From the NCBI GenBank assembly GCA_022705325.1, contig JAKJER010000004.1, positions 129,724 through 193,723 of the forward strand: a stretch of DNA of 64,000 bases, read 5' to 3'. Made by a program: the position numbers and the translations under genes. The DNA comes from Planctomycetota bacterium (lineage in GTDB: Bacteria; Planctomycetota; Phycisphaerae; SM23-33). Shown one piece after another: positions 28,162 to 38,554 of this stretch (its first letter is position 1; each line of letters opens with the position of its first letter). Under the pieces are notes generated by a model. It saw only the letters and a program-made list of their open reading frames with translations. It was not told where the DNA came from and ran no database searches.

Positions 28162-31100
28162 TCAGCGGGTAATGACATACAAGAAGATAGCGCCTGGCGG
28201 AAGCCCGCCGGCCCGCCCGCCGGCGGCCGCGTTCACCTCGAGCACGCCGCTCCGCAGCGCGTCCGCCGGCACGGCCTGCGACTTGATGGTCACGTTCATC
28301 TTCTCGCGATTGGTCAGGCGGGGATCCGCATCGAGCTTGACCAGCTCGATCTTCGACGCCTTCTGCATCGGCAGATGCAGGCGAACGCCCGTGCAGCCGT
28401 CGCCGAAGTCCTTCGCGTCATGCTTGCCGTCGAGTTTTCGGGAGACCAGCAGCACGCAGTAGCGTCCGGCGTCGCGGAAGGCGTAGGCGCCCACCAGGGG
28501 CAGGTCCGCCTTGCCGCGGCGGATGGTTGGGACGCCGCGTTCCTCGACGGCGACCAGGTCGCCCGCCGCCCAGCGGTTGCGGATGGTCATGGCCAGCCAG
28601 GCCGGCGAGGGACGGAAGCCCTGCGAGAAGACCGAGTGGCTGTTCCAGTGGTTGCCCTGCCCGTAGCTGAAATAGCACTGCTCGCTCCAGCCGTAGAGAT
28701 AACTCCGCATCCAGCCGTCGACCGCGCCGACGGCCTGGGCCAGGCTCTTGCCGTACCGCTCGTTGGTTTCGACCTGTCGGGCGTCGGCCCGGCCGGGCAG
28801 AGCGAACCCGCCGGGCCCGCCTTCGTAGGCGGCCATGTCGTACTCGGGGCGGACCTTGGCCAGGGCCTCGCGGGCCTGCCCCATGCGGACCTCTCCTGCC
28901 TCCGGCCCGGCCAGGAAGCTCACCAAGCACTCCTGCACGCCGTGGTCGTCGTAGGTGCGGGCCGAGTAGTCGCCGGTCTCCCACTTGGGACCGACGTAGT
29001 TGGCGTGCCCCAGCAAGGTTGCCCCGGGGCAGGCCTGCATGGCTTCCTCGCCGTAGCCGGTCACACGCCCGTCCTTCTGGATGCGCCCGTCATAATTGCC
29101 GCCGAGGCAGAAGCGGATCTTCGCGTCAAGGTTGCCCTGTTTCCAGTACGGGCTCTTCTTGATCGTGTCGATGAGGTACTGGCAGAACAGGCCATACTCC
29201 CGCCCGCCCTGGTGGACGGCGTTGCGCGTGGCAAAGCCGATCCAGTCGTCGAAGACGCCGTTATGCCACGTCTCGTTGCCGAACTCGATGACCAAGCCGC
29301 CGAATTCATCCACCCAGGGCACGTTCGTTCCCCGCTGCACCGTACGCCGATACGCCCAGGGCTTGGTCTGGGGCGTGTCGCGGGCCGGGTCGTACGTGGC
29401 GGCCAGGTACTCGACCAAAGCGTGCCAGTCCGCCTCGCTGTGCACGATGTGCTGGATGACCAGCCAGGGACGCATGCGGTCGGCGGGGCCCTTGCCGGTG
29501 GCCAGGTCGAACGTCAGGCCCTGCGGCAGCGTCATCCGCAGCGTCGGCTCGACGTACGTCCGCCAGTTGGGCGCGATGTTCGAGTTGGCGTGCCAGGACA
29601 GGATCGACTCCATCGTCGCGTCGCGGTCCAGGAACCAGATGCGATGGGCCCCCTTGCGCCCGGTGGGCGGTTGGGTGCTCAACAACTCCTCCAACACGAT
29701 CGGGTTAGGCACGTAGGGCTTGGCGGTGTCGGCGGGGCTGTCGCAGCGAAAGACGCGGCAGTTGTCCATCCACAGCGTGCCCGGGCCGGTGAAGGTGAAC
29801 GTGTGTCCGAAATGCCAGGTCTCGGTGGGGCGCTCGGGCCCCACAAACTCGTGTGTGTACTTCTTCCACTGCGAGGAGACCTGGAACTCCTTGCGGATGT
29901 CGGGATATCCCCGGCCGAAGGAGAAGGTCACCTTCCCACCATCGGCCAGGCCTTCCTGCCGCAGCCAGACTTCGAGACGGTAGGTCTTGCCGGGGTCGAG
30001 TTGTCCGTACCACAGCGACTCGCCTCCGCGCTGCGTGCCGATGAAGACGAACTGACTGATGGACTGCTCGCCCGCCTGGGCCCGCACCTGCATGCAGCGT
30101 CGGCCCGGCTCGTCCATCTCCGCGGGCGTCTCGCCGTGGGGGGCGAACGAGAAGGACAGCTTCGACGTGTCGCCGTTCCAGTACCAGCCGGGCGAGTCCA
30201 TGGGGTTGCCGATCCCACGGACGCGGGGGTTGACGTAGCGCATGTCGAAGTTGTCGAACGCCCGCTCCAGGACGACGTAATCCCACGCCATGAGTCCGGG
30301 CGTGTCGGCGGTCACATATACCCGCTGTTGCTGGCGGGCGGCGGGGGAGGTGGACCGCTTGAGTCGATAGGCAACAGCGCCGTCGCTGGCCTGCCAAGTC
30401 AGACGGACACAGCCGTCCCCGGCCTGGGCCTTCAGGTCTGCAGGCGGCTGAAGCGGCCCAGAGACGGGATTGGGCTTGGAGGCGTTGAAGACGTACAGAC
30501 GCGACTGACTCTTGCCGCCAGCGTCGGCAACGGTAACGGTGACGGTGGCGTCGGTGGGGCGAGTGGCGACCTTGCCGCTGACGCACCCGGTGTCCGGGTC
30601 GATGCTCAAGCCGTTGGGCAGCCCCGTTGCCTGCCATCGCAACGGCGCCTGGCCGCCGTGGACGTGCGGCGTGAAGGTGATGTTCTTGCCCGGCTGGAGG
30701 TCCGGCAGTTTGTCGCCGTCTCCGACGACGAGAATCTGTGGGCCGGTGTTCGTGCCGGCGGCCGGAGAGGCGCTGGCCTCGTTGGAGGCGGGCGATTCCT
30801 TGCCGTCCGCACCGATGGCATGGACGGTGTACCAGTACGTCCGGCCGTTCTGCACGCCAGAGGCGTCGGTCGCGGCCAGGTTGCCGTGGCGTATCCAGCC
30901 GTTGGGGAAGACGACGCTGTAGGTGTCGGCGACCCAGCCGCCGTCGGGCAGGTTCTTGTCACCCTCGGGCACGATCTGTCCCGCACCGACCAGCACCACG
31001 TGGTGCGAGGCGGACAGGTCAAAGTAGTTTCCGTCCGCTCGCAGGGGCAGGGCTTTGCCCTCCTTGTCGACGATGCGGTAGACCCGCAGGCGTGCGCCGC

Positions 31101-31428
31101 TGAGAAAGCCGCTGGCCCACAGGTCCCACCAACTCGTGCCGGGCCCGTCGATCTCGAACCAGGTCTTGCCTGTCGTTTCATCTCGGCCACACTTCTTGAT
31201 GCGATGAAGATTGCGCCAGACGGGCGGCTCGTTGCCGCTGTTGCGGACGAAGTTGTTGGCCGCCCACTCGATCGCTCCGCACCCCCCCCAGCCGTTGGCG
31301 CCGATGGGGGGCACTTTGTCGGCTGGGCGGAGTACGCGGTCGGTGACGGTGAATTCCGCCATGTCGGCGGCGAGAGTGAAACCGGTCGCCGTCAGGGCGA
31401 TCACGAGAGCAAGCAAGCCGTGGCGCAT
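28162..31428 (-). CDS. large secreted multidomain protein (FN3-like, He_PIG/Ig-like and putative carbohydrate-active domains)
   Basis: Signal peptide MRHGLLALVIALTATGFTLAA (ATG at 31426-31428). LPNGLSIDPDTGCVSGK putative Ig (He_PIG) motif; VRLTWQASDGAVAYRL FN3 motif; 1089 aa. Confidence 0.6.
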   Translation of the reverse strand: MRHGLLALVIALTATGFTLAADMAEFTVTDRVLRPADKVPPIGANGWGGCGAIEWAANNFVRNSGNEPPVWRNLHRIKKCGRDETTGKTWFEIDGPGTSWWDLWASGFLSGARLRVYRIVDKEGKALPLRADGNYFDLSASHHVVLVGAGQIVPEGDKNLPDGGWVADTYSVVFPNGWIRHGNLAATDASGVQNGRTYWYTVHAIGADGKESPASNEASASPAAGTNTGPQILVVGDGDKLPDLQPGKNITFTPHVHGGQAPLRWQATGLPNGLSIDPDTGCVSGKVATRPTDATVTVTVADAGGKSQSRLYVFNASKPNPVSGPLQPPADLKAQAGDGCVRLTWQASDGAVAYRLKRSTSPAARQQQRVYVTADTPGLMAWDYVVLERAFDNFDMRYVNPRVRGIGNPMDSPGWYWNGDTSKLSFSFAPHGETPAEMDEPGRRCMQVRAQAGEQSISQFVFIGTQRGGESLWYGQLDPGKTYRLEVWLRQEGLADGGKVTFSFGRGYPDIRKEFQVSSQWKKYTHEFVGPERPTETWHFGHTFTFTGPGTLWMDNCRVFRCDSPADTAKPYVPNPIVLEELLSTQPPTGRKGAHRIWFLDRDATMESILSWHANSNIAPNWRTYVEPTLRMTLPQGLTFDLATGKGPADRMRPWLVIQHIVHSEADWHALVEYLAATYDPARDTPQTKPWAYRRTVQRGTNVPWVDEFGGLVIEFGNETWHNGVFDDWIGFATRNAVHQGGREYGLFCQYLIDTIKKSPYWKQGNLDAKIRFCLGGNYDGRIQKDGRVTGYGEEAMQACPGATLLGHANYVGPKWETGDYSARTYDDHGVQECLVSFLAGPEAGEVRMGQAREALAKVRPEYDMAAYEGGPGGFALPGRADARQVETNERYGKSLAQAVGAVDGWMRSYLYGWSEQCYFSYGQGNHWNSHSVFSQGFRPSPAWLAMTIRNRWAAGDLVAVEERGVPTIRRGKADLPLVGAYAFRDAGRYCVLLVSRKLDGKHDAKDFGDGCTGVRLHLPMQKASKIELVKLDADPRLTNREKMNVTIKSQAVPADALRSGVLEVNAAAGGRAGGLPPGAIFLYVITR

Positions 31429-31837
31429 GTGGGACTCCTTCATGAAAACGGCACCCAGTATAACGGGCCCGAACGGCCGACCACAGAGGAACCAGGAAAG
31501 AACCGTCCAAGCCACTTCGCACCTGGCTCGTCGGCCAGACGGCGCAACAGGGAAGGCACTAAAGGTGCGACTGACAAAGGCGAGCCCAGCCGACCGCCTG
31601 GCCCCCGACAACCGGAAGACCGATCAGTTCTTCCAGCCCTGCTCGCCTTCTGTCGCGGCCGACGGCGCCAAATCCGTGCTTTAGGCCGATTAGACATTCT
31701 GGGTATACCTGTAAATGTCCTTAATTATTCATGTTATGAAATACGCCATGCCGCAGAGCCCGGCCAGGTCCCACAGTCACGTCGTCGAGCTGGCCGCCTC
31801 TCGTGGCTTGCCGCTCGTCGTGCATAAGAAAGTCTTC

Positions 31838-31866
31838 TTGAGTCTTGTCCGGGTGGCGTGTAGAGT
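31838..31866 (+). promoter_or_regulatory. candidate sigma70 promoter for carB (TTGAGT-17-TAGAGT)
   Basis: Seen directly: -35 at 31838-43, 17-nt spacer, -10 at 31861-66. Lies downstream of an unusually AT-rich 70-bp tract (31685-31750); about 125 nt before the carB ATG. Confidence 0.3.
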
Positions 31867-31991
31867 ATCGCCCGTTTGCCTGGTGCTGGGCTAGGCACGT
31901 TTCTTCGGGAAAAGGAACGTCCCTCGACAACCGCAGGGTGTATCCCTGCGCGCACACGTGCGGTCGGGGGCGGCAAGAACGGAGCACTTTG

Positions 31992-34900
31992 ATGCCACGT
32001 CGCGACGACATCCACAAGGTGATGATCATCGGTTCGGGCCCGATCGTGATCGGGCAAGCCTGTGAATTCGACTATTCCGGCACTCAGGCCTGCAAGGCCC
32101 TCCGCAAGCAGGGCTATCAGATCGTCCTGGTCAACTCCAACCCGGCCACCATCATGACCGACCCGGGGATGGCCGACGTGACGTACATCGAGCCGCTCAA
32201 CCTGGAGCGGATGACCGAGATCATCGAGAAGGAGCGTCCCGACGCCCTGTTGCCCAACCTGGGCGGGCAGAGTGGGCTGAATCTCTCCAGCGAGCTGGCC
32301 CGTGCCGGGGTGCTGGAGAAGTTCGGCGTGAAGGTCATCGGGGTGGAGATCGACGCCATCCAGCGCGGCGAGGACCGCCTGGCCTTCAAGCAGACCATGG
32401 AGAGGCTGGGCATTGAGATGCCCAAGAGCAAGATCGCGTACACGGTGGAGGAGTGCGAAGCCATCGCGGCGGAGCTGGGTTTCCCCGTGGTTGTCCGCCC
32501 CGCCTATACGATGGGAGGCACGGGCGGCGGGCTGGTCTACAACGTCGAGGAACTGCGGGTGATCGCCGGGCGCGGGCTGGCTGCCAGCCTGGTCGGGCAG
32601 GTGTTGATCGAGGAGTCGGTGCTGGGCTGGGAGGAACTGGAGTTGGAGGTCGTCCGCGACGCCAAGAACCAGATGATCACCGTCTGCTTCATCGAGAACA
32701 TCGACGCGATGGGCGTCCACACGGGCGACTCGTTCTGCTCGGCGCCCATGCTGACGATCAGCCCCGAACTGCAGGCCCGCCTGCAGGACTACTCGTATCG
32801 CGTGGTGGAGGCCATCAAGGTCATCGGCGGGACCAACATCCAATTCGCCCACGACCCCAAGACCGGGCGGGTGGTCATCATCGAGATCAACCCCCGGACC
32901 AGCCGCTCCTCGGCCCTGGCGTCGAAGGCTACCGGATTCCCCATCGCGCTGATCAGCTCGATGCTGGCCTCGGGCTTGACGTTGGACGAGATTCCCTACT
33001 GGCGCGACGGCACGTTGGACAAATACACGCCCTCGGGGGAGTACGTGGTGATCAAGTTCGCCCGATGGGCCTTCGAGAAATTCAAAGACGCCCAGGACAA
33101 GCTGGGCACCCAGATGCGGGCGGTCGGCGAGGTGATGGCCATCGGCAAGAACTACAAGGAGGCTTTTCAGAAGGCCATCCGCGGGCTGGAGAACGGCCGG
33201 CACGGCCTGGGTTTCGCCAAGAACTTCAACTCGTTGTCCCTGGAGGAACTGATGGCCCGCCTGCGCGAGCCCACCAGCGAGCGCCAATGGCTCATGTACG
33301 AGGCCCTGCGCAAGGGCGCTGACGTACAGCAGCTATTCGCCCTGACTCATATCAAGCCCTGGTTCATCCAGCAGATGAAGGAGATGGTCGAACTGGAGGA
33401 GCAGATGCTGCAGTATAAGGGGCGGTTCGAGCAGATGCCCGATGAACTGCTGGTTCAGGCGAAGAAGGACGGTTTCGCCGACGCCTATCTGGCCAGGATC
33501 CTCAAGGTCAAGGAGGCCGATGTTCGCGCTCGCCGCACGAAGCTGGGCGTGGTCGAGGGGTGGGAGCCCGTCCCGGTCAGCGGCGTGGAGAACGCGGCCT
33601 ACTACTTCTCCACGTACAATGCCCCGGACAAGACCACCACGACCGACAATCGCAAGGTGATGGTGCTGGGCGGCGGCCCCAACCGCATCGGGCAAGGGAT
33701 CGAATTCGATTACTGCTGTGTCCACGCCGCCTTCGCCCTGAGGGAGATGGGCTTCGAGACCATCATGGTCAATTGCAATCCGGAGACCGTCTCCACCGAC
33801 TACGACACATCGGACAAGCTCTACTTCGAGCCGCTGACGGTCGAGGACGTGCTGGCCATCCACGAGAAGGAAAAGCCCGAGGGTGTTATCGTGCAGTTCG
33901 GCGGGCAGACCCCCCTGAACATCGCCAGAGAGTTGGAGGCCAACGGCGTGAAGATCCTGGGCACCAGCCCCGAGATGATCGACCTGGCCGAAGACCGCGA
34001 CCGCTTCCGCCGGAAGATGGAGAAGATGGGCATCCCCATGCCCGCCAGCGACATGGCCAGCACCATCGAGGAGGCGCTGGGGGCCGCCGCGCGGATCGGG
34101 TACCCGCTGATGGTCCGTCCGTCATACGTGCTGGGCGGGCGCGGCATGGAGGTGGTGCACGACGAGGACATGCTCCGCCAGTACGTGGCGGCCGCGGTCG
34201 ACGTGACGCCCGAACGACCCATCCTGATCGACAAGTTCCTCGACAACGCCATCGAGTGTGAAGCCGACGCCATCAGCGACGGGCACAGCGCTTTCGTGCC
34301 GGCGGTGATGGAGCATATCGAGCTGGCCGGCATTCACAGCGGCGACTCGGCCTGCGTCATTCCACCCATCAGCATCCCCGCCAAGCACCTGGACATGATC
34401 AACGATTATACCCGCCGTATCGCCCAGGAACTCGGCGTGGTGGGTCTGATGAACATCCAGTACGCCATCGCCAAAGACGTGCTGTACGTCCTGGAAGCGA
34501 ATCCCCGCGCGTCTCGGACCGTTCCGCTGGTCTCCAAGGTGTGCAGCCTCAACATGGTCCGCGTGGCCACCCAGCTCATGCTGGGGCGGGGCATGGACGA
34601 GATGAACCTCAACCACCGCAAGGTGCCCCACTTCGGGGTCAAGGAAGCCATCCTGCCCTTCAATATGTTCCCTGAAGTGGACCCGGTGCTTGGGCCGGAG
34701 ATGCGCTCCACGGGCGAGGTGCTGGGCCTGGCCGACTCGTTCGGGCTTGCCTACTACAAGGCCCAGGAGGCCGCCCAGCAGAAGCTGCCCACCGAAGGAA
34801 CGGTGCTCATCAGCGTCAGCGACCGGGACCGCCCGGCCGTTCTGCAGGTAGCCCAGCAGTTCGCGGAGATGGGCTTCCGCCTCCTGGCCACCCGGGGCAC

Positions 34901-35198
34901 CTGCCGCTTCCTGAGCGAGAACAACGTCACGTGCGACTTGGTCCACAAGCTTCGCGAGGGCCGGCCCGACATCGTGGACGCCATCACCAATCGCGAGATC
35001 CAGTTGGTCATCAACACCCCGCTGGGCAAGCGGGGCCAGAGCGACGACTCCTACATTCGCAAGGCGGCCATCAAGTACAAGATTCCGTACGTGACGACGC
35101 TGGCGGCCGCCATCGCCGCCGGACGCGGCATTGCCGCCTCACGCAAGGGCCGAGGCGGCGTCAAGTCGCTCCAGGGCTACCACGGCGACATCGTCTAG
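31992..35198 (+). CDS. carB: carbamoyl-phosphate synthase large subunit
   Basis: MPRRDDIHKVMIIGSGPIVIGQACEFDYSGTQACKALR is canonical CarB; two ATP-grasp halves and an MGS-like C-terminus; 1068 aa; ATG at 31992. carA is not adjacent in this window. Confidence 0.92.
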   Translation: MPRRDDIHKVMIIGSGPIVIGQACEFDYSGTQACKALRKQGYQIVLVNSNPATIMTDPGMADVTYIEPLNLERMTEIIEKERPDALLPNLGGQSGLNLSSELARAGVLEKFGVKVIGVEIDAIQRGEDRLAFKQTMERLGIEMPKSKIAYTVEECEAIAAELGFPVVVRPAYTMGGTGGGLVYNVEELRVIAGRGLAASLVGQVLIEESVLGWEELELEVVRDAKNQMITVCFIENIDAMGVHTGDSFCSAPMLTISPELQARLQDYSYRVVEAIKVIGGTNIQFAHDPKTGRVVIIEINPRTSRSSALASKATGFPIALISSMLASGLTLDEIPYWRDGTLDKYTPSGEYVVIKFARWAFEKFKDAQDKLGTQMRAVGEVMAIGKNYKEAFQKAIRGLENGRHGLGFAKNFNSLSLEELMARLREPTSERQWLMYEALRKGADVQQLFALTHIKPWFIQQMKEMVELEEQMLQYKGRFEQMPDELLVQAKKDGFADAYLARILKVKEADVRARRTKLGVVEGWEPVPVSGVENAAYYFSTYNAPDKTTTTDNRKVMVLGGGPNRIGQGIEFDYCCVHAAFALREMGFETIMVNCNPETVSTDYDTSDKLYFEPLTVEDVLAIHEKEKPEGVIVQFGGQTPLNIARELEANGVKILGTSPEMIDLAEDRDRFRRKMEKMGIPMPASDMASTIEEALGAAARIGYPLMVRPSYVLGGRGMEVVHDEDMLRQYVAAAVDVTPERPILIDKFLDNAIECEADAISDGHSAFVPAVMEHIELAGIHSGDSACVIPPISIPAKHLDMINDYTRRIAQELGVVGLMNIQYAIAKDVLYVLEANPRASRTVPLVSKVCSLNMVRVATQLMLGRGMDEMNLNHRKVPHFGVKEAILPFNMFPEVDPVLGPEMRSTGEVLGLADSFGLAYYKAQEAAQQKLPTEGTVLISVSDRDRPAVLQVAQQFAEMGFRLLATRGTCRFLSENNVTCDLVHKLREGRPDIVDAITNREIQLVINTPLGKRGQSDDSYIRKAAIKYKIPYVTTLAAAIAAGRGIAASRKGRGGVKSLQGYHGDIV

Positions 35199-35238
35199 AC
35201 CCGGCCAGAGGATCCCTCTGACCTTCCTTGGTGATGAT

Positions 35239-35270
35239 GAGCCCACGGGCCACTGCCCGTGGGCTCTTTA
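35239..35270. terminator. rho-independent terminator after carB (convergent gene pair)
   Basis: GAGCCCACGGG-CCACTG-CCCGTGGGCTC followed by TTTA; positioned between the carB stop and the 35292 stop. Confidence 0.5.
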
Positions 35271-35291
35271 CCTGCAACGAACCGTGCTATC

Positions 35292-35855
35292 TCAAGCCTC
35301 GACTTCCTGGGGCTGGGGCACTGCCTGGGCCGGCGGGGCTGAGGCGGCCTCCTTCTGGGCCTGGAAGTTCGCGTACATGGTGCGGAAGACGACGGTGGCG
35401 TAGCCCAGCAGCGACCCGGCCAGACACGTGATCAGCATGACGAGGATCTGGAAACCGGGCGTGGCGTTTCCGCTGGGCATGTTGATGGTGCTGAGGGCGA
35501 AGTAGGCGCCGGCGCCGATGAAGTAGGCCGGAATGTAGTCGATGTAGGGCGCCTTCTCCATGCAGATGACCGTGAAGGTCACCAGCGCTCCGACGACGGC
35601 GACCACCGGATTGGACCCGCCCAGCATGCCGGCCAGCCAGAAGATCAACACGCTGGCCAGCACGCCCAACATGTAGCAGACCATGGCCCGCAGCCCGGCC
35701 TTGGGAGTCGCTCCCGCAATGAAGTAGAGGGCCCACGTCTGGAAGATGGCCCATGAGACCAGATAGGCGGGTGCGAACGAGCACCCATAGATGCAGATGA
35801 AGGCGAGGCAGGCGATGATGCCGGCGTGGGGCAGGAACTTGACGAGTTTGTTCAC
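35292..35855 (-). CDS. hypothetical integral membrane protein (5-6 TM)
   Basis: Hydrophobic helices throughout with a C-terminal Ala/Pro/Gln-rich tail; coherent ORF. Confidence 0.55.
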   Translation of the reverse strand: MNKLVKFLPHAGIIACLAFICIYGCSFAPAYLVSWAIFQTWALYFIAGATPKAGLRAMVCYMLGVLASVLIFWLAGMLGGSNPVVAVVGALVTFTVICMEKAPYIDYIPAYFIGAGAYFALSTINMPSGNATPGFQILVMLITCLAGSLLGYATVVFRTMYANFQAQKEAASAPPAQAVPQPQEVEA

Positions 35856-36112
35856 GAAGCTCTCCTGAAAGTGGAATTTCGGACCGTCCGAAACGACAAG
35901 TGAGCGGTATAATCGTCGCCTACGGTCCAGGAGTCAATCGTCTTCTCGTGGATCCGGAACTTGCGCGGGCCAAAGGTGAGCGATCCGCCGTCCGTCTCGC
36001 CGACAGGGGGGCGGGTTCCGCGACCGGGCCGATCGCGGAAATCTGCGGTTGTCGCGCGCGTTTGTTCTCACCAGAGACGATGGGCAAAGGGCATTCCATC
36101 AGGACTGTGGGC

Positions 36113-36907
36113 ATGAGTCAGACTGGGCAAGACGCATGGACAGTTCGCGCGTTCATCCGGCGGCGTGCGGCGTTCACGCTGGTTGAGTTGCTGATCGTGG
36201 TTTCGATCCTGTCTCTGCTGTTGAGTATTCTGACTCCGACCCTGTCGCGATCCAAGGAACTGGCGCGGCGGGCAATATGCGCCAGTAACCTGCGGAACGC
36301 GGGCAACGCTCTCAACAGTTACGCTTCAGAGAGCCGCCAGATGCTTCCCCCGGTAGGCGCCTGGTATATGAACGACATGATGATGTACATCCTGTACGAG
36401 CGGTACGGCGGGGTGAATCCTGTCGGGTTCAACAGCCTGGGCTACCTGGAGCGCGACGGCTTCGTCCCGATGCACGGGGACATGTTGTTCTGTCCCAGCG
36501 AGACCAACGACTGGCTCTGCAATTCGCGAGGCAACCTGGACAACGGCAACTGCCTGCCGTGGAACGGGGGCTCCGGATTCGCCCCCCAGCAGATGGTGCC
36601 GGCCGACAAGGACAAGTACACCTGGATGAACAAACGGTCGGCGTATATCCGGCGCACGCTGGGCGAGACCAGCGGCGCGAGTTGCCGGGGGCTGGAGCGT
36701 CTGGGCAGCCAGGCGTTCCTGGCCGACATCTTCAACAGCGCCGGCCACGTGCGGACCCGTCACAAGGAGGGGGTCAACGTGTGGTACGGCAGCGGGCGCG
36801 TGGCCTGGATCATCCCGCCCGAGTCGTTGCAGTGGCCCGACGGGTCCTACTCCGGGGGGCACGAGAAACTCCGCCCGCTGTGGGAGCATTTCGACATGAC
36901 CGAATAG
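36113..36907 (+). CDS. prepilin-type N-terminal cleavage/methylation domain protein (DUF1559-like)
   Basis: RAAFTLVELLIVVSILSLLLSIL motif. ATG at 36113 (alternative 36080). A paralog of the 9789 and 14111 genes. Confidence 0.65.
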   Translation: MSQTGQDAWTVRAFIRRRAAFTLVELLIVVSILSLLLSILTPTLSRSKELARRAICASNLRNAGNALNSYASESRQMLPPVGAWYMNDMMMYILYERYGGVNPVGFNSLGYLERDGFVPMHGDMLFCPSETNDWLCNSRGNLDNGNCLPWNGGSGFAPQQMVPADKDKYTWMNKRSAYIRRTLGETSGASCRGLERLGSQAFLADIFNSAGHVRTRHKEGVNVWYGSGRVAWIIPPESLQWPDGSYSGGHEKLRPLWEHFDMTE

Positions 36908-36970
36908 ACGAACAAAGGGCCGACCCGTTGAGGTCGGCCCTTGGACTTGCGGGGTTCTCCGGGCGGCGGG

Positions 36971-37423
36971 TTATCCGTCGCGAGGCTGCGTGGCGGGCTG
37001 GGTGGTCGGCTTGGGCAGCCAGCGCTCCAGCAGTTCCCGATAGTACTCGTCGAACTTCGGTTTCTGCTCGCTCGTCAGCACCAGTTGCATCTGGTTCTGG
37101 AAGGTCAACATCACCCGCTCGATGTCCACGCGCCAGCTATTGCGGATCTCCTGGTACTCGCGGGTTGCGCTGAGGGTGAGGCGGCGGACCTTGTCTTCCT
37201 GTTCCCTGGTCAGACCGACGCGGTCGTCGATCTCCCTCATCCATCTCTCGGCCCGTTCTTCGTTAGTCTTGGGTCTGGCCCGTTCGACGGGCGGGACCAG
37301 CCATTTGTACAGTCCGGCTCCGATGACGGCCCCGGCCAGGAACGTGATGATGGCGGAGACCAGCGGGGCCCACTGAAGCCGGCGTGGCGGCACGAGCGGA
37401 TGATGGTGGGAGTGGTCGGTCAT
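36971..37423 (-). CDS. membrane-anchored LTXXQ-motif (CpxP/Spy-like) periplasmic protein
   Basis: N-terminal TM helix; LTREQ and LTSEQ motifs about 50 aa apart; directly follows the anti-sigma-like ORF. Confidence 0.5.
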   Translation of the reverse strand: MTDHSHHHPLVPPRRLQWAPLVSAIITFLAGAVIGAGLYKWLVPPVERARPKTNEERAERWMREIDDRVGLTREQEDKVRRLTLSATREYQEIRNSWRVDIERVMLTFQNQMQLVLTSEQKPKFDEYYRELLERWLPKPTTQPATQPRDG

Positions 37424-37678
37424 TTAGATCACCGGGGCTACGATGCGCATAATTTCGCTGAAGGCGTCGGTGGGGGCTGGCGGCGCCTGAAACAGGGCCG
37501 CCAGGGCGACCATGGCCGCGGCAGCCGTCGAGGCGGCCGTGAACGCCCACAGCAGGACGTTGCTGGGCCTTCGGGTTTCCCCGATGGCCTCCAGGATTCC
37601 GCCGGCAACATCCACCAGCGGGGGGGCATCGCCCCGTGCCGCCTGGGCCAGCTTGGTCAGTAGTTCATCGGTATTCAT
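37424..37678 (-). CDS. small putative anti-sigma factor-like membrane protein
   Basis: 84 aa, with a C-terminal hydrophobic segment; immediately downstream of the ECF sigma gene. Function assigned by position only. Confidence 0.35.
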   Translation of the reverse strand: MNTDELLTKLAQAARGDAPPLVDVAGGILEAIGETRRPSNVLLWAFTAASTAAAAMVALAALFQAPPAPTDAFSEIMRIVAPVI

Positions 37679-37695
37679 GGGACTCTCCGGCTTCT

Positions 37696-38253
37696 CTATT
37701 CTACTATCGCGGTTTTTCCGCTCTTTTCCAGTATGGCCTTAAGTTTCTTTCGGGCACGGTGGGCCTGGACCTTTACCATGCTTTGACTCCAGCCGGACCG
37801 CTCGGCTGCTTCGGCCACCGAAAGCTCTTCCAGGTACAGCAGCGTCAGGACCAGGCGGTCTCGCGGGGGCAACTGTGCCAGAAGGCTGTGCAGGAATTCG
37901 GCGGCCTCGTGGCTCTCAACGATCCCTTCGTCCCTGGCCACAAACGCGTCCCAGTCCTGCAGGGCCACGGCCTGGTTCGTGGTTCGTCGCCGGCGTTTCC
38001 AGAACCTGTAACCCACGCGCGTGGCGATGCGGTTGAGCCAGTTGGCGAATGGCGCCGTGCCGCGATAGCTCTTGAGGCTCATATACGCATCAACGAACAC
38101 GTCCTGCACAAGCTCTTCCAGTTGCCGGCGGTCCCGTGTGAACCGCCACATCCGCCGAGCGATCTCTTGCTGGTATTGCTCCACCAGCCTCTTGTAGGCG
38201 GTGGCGTCCCCAGCCAGCGTGGCCTGGATTTCCACTGTATCGGATCGCTCCAT
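37696..38253 (-). CDS. ECF-subfamily RNA polymerase sigma-70 factor
   Basis: Region 2 (LVQDVFVDAYMSL..YRG) and region 4 HTH (LSVAEAAERSGWSQSMVKVQAHRARKKL) motifs. Confidence 0.8.
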   Translation of the reverse strand: MERSDTVEIQATLAGDATAYKRLVEQYQQEIARRMWRFTRDRRQLEELVQDVFVDAYMSLKSYRGTAPFANWLNRIATRVGYRFWKRRRRTTNQAVALQDWDAFVARDEGIVESHEAAEFLHSLLAQLPPRDRLVLTLLYLEELSVAEAAERSGWSQSMVKVQAHRARKKLKAILEKSGKTAIVE

Positions 38254-38554
38254 GTACGCATGGTATCCAGGCCCGGCCGGGCTGTCCAGCCATCGCTGCG
38301 GCCTTCCGATACTTCAGGCCATACGGATTGTGGCGCGACCCCTTGGGCTGGTTACACATGTTTCATCCGTCCGGGAGGGACTGTGACGGGACCGCAGGGG
38401 GCGGGCACAAGCCGAGCGGTACCCCGGGCGGCCCGTCTGGGAGAAAAAACGAGCCTGTCGGTGTAACCATCGTCTGCGAGCAGCCACTGACACCCTGAAG
38501 CCTGAATTATCAGGAGCAAACCCAGGAGCTCAAGACAGGAAAGGTTGGTGCAGC

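Noticed and set aside
31845-31991. 49-aa N-terminal extension of carB
   Set aside because: CarB universally starts MPKR/MPRRDDI about 5 aa before the IMIIGSGP motif. The ATG at 31992 fits; the extension runs through the promoter region.
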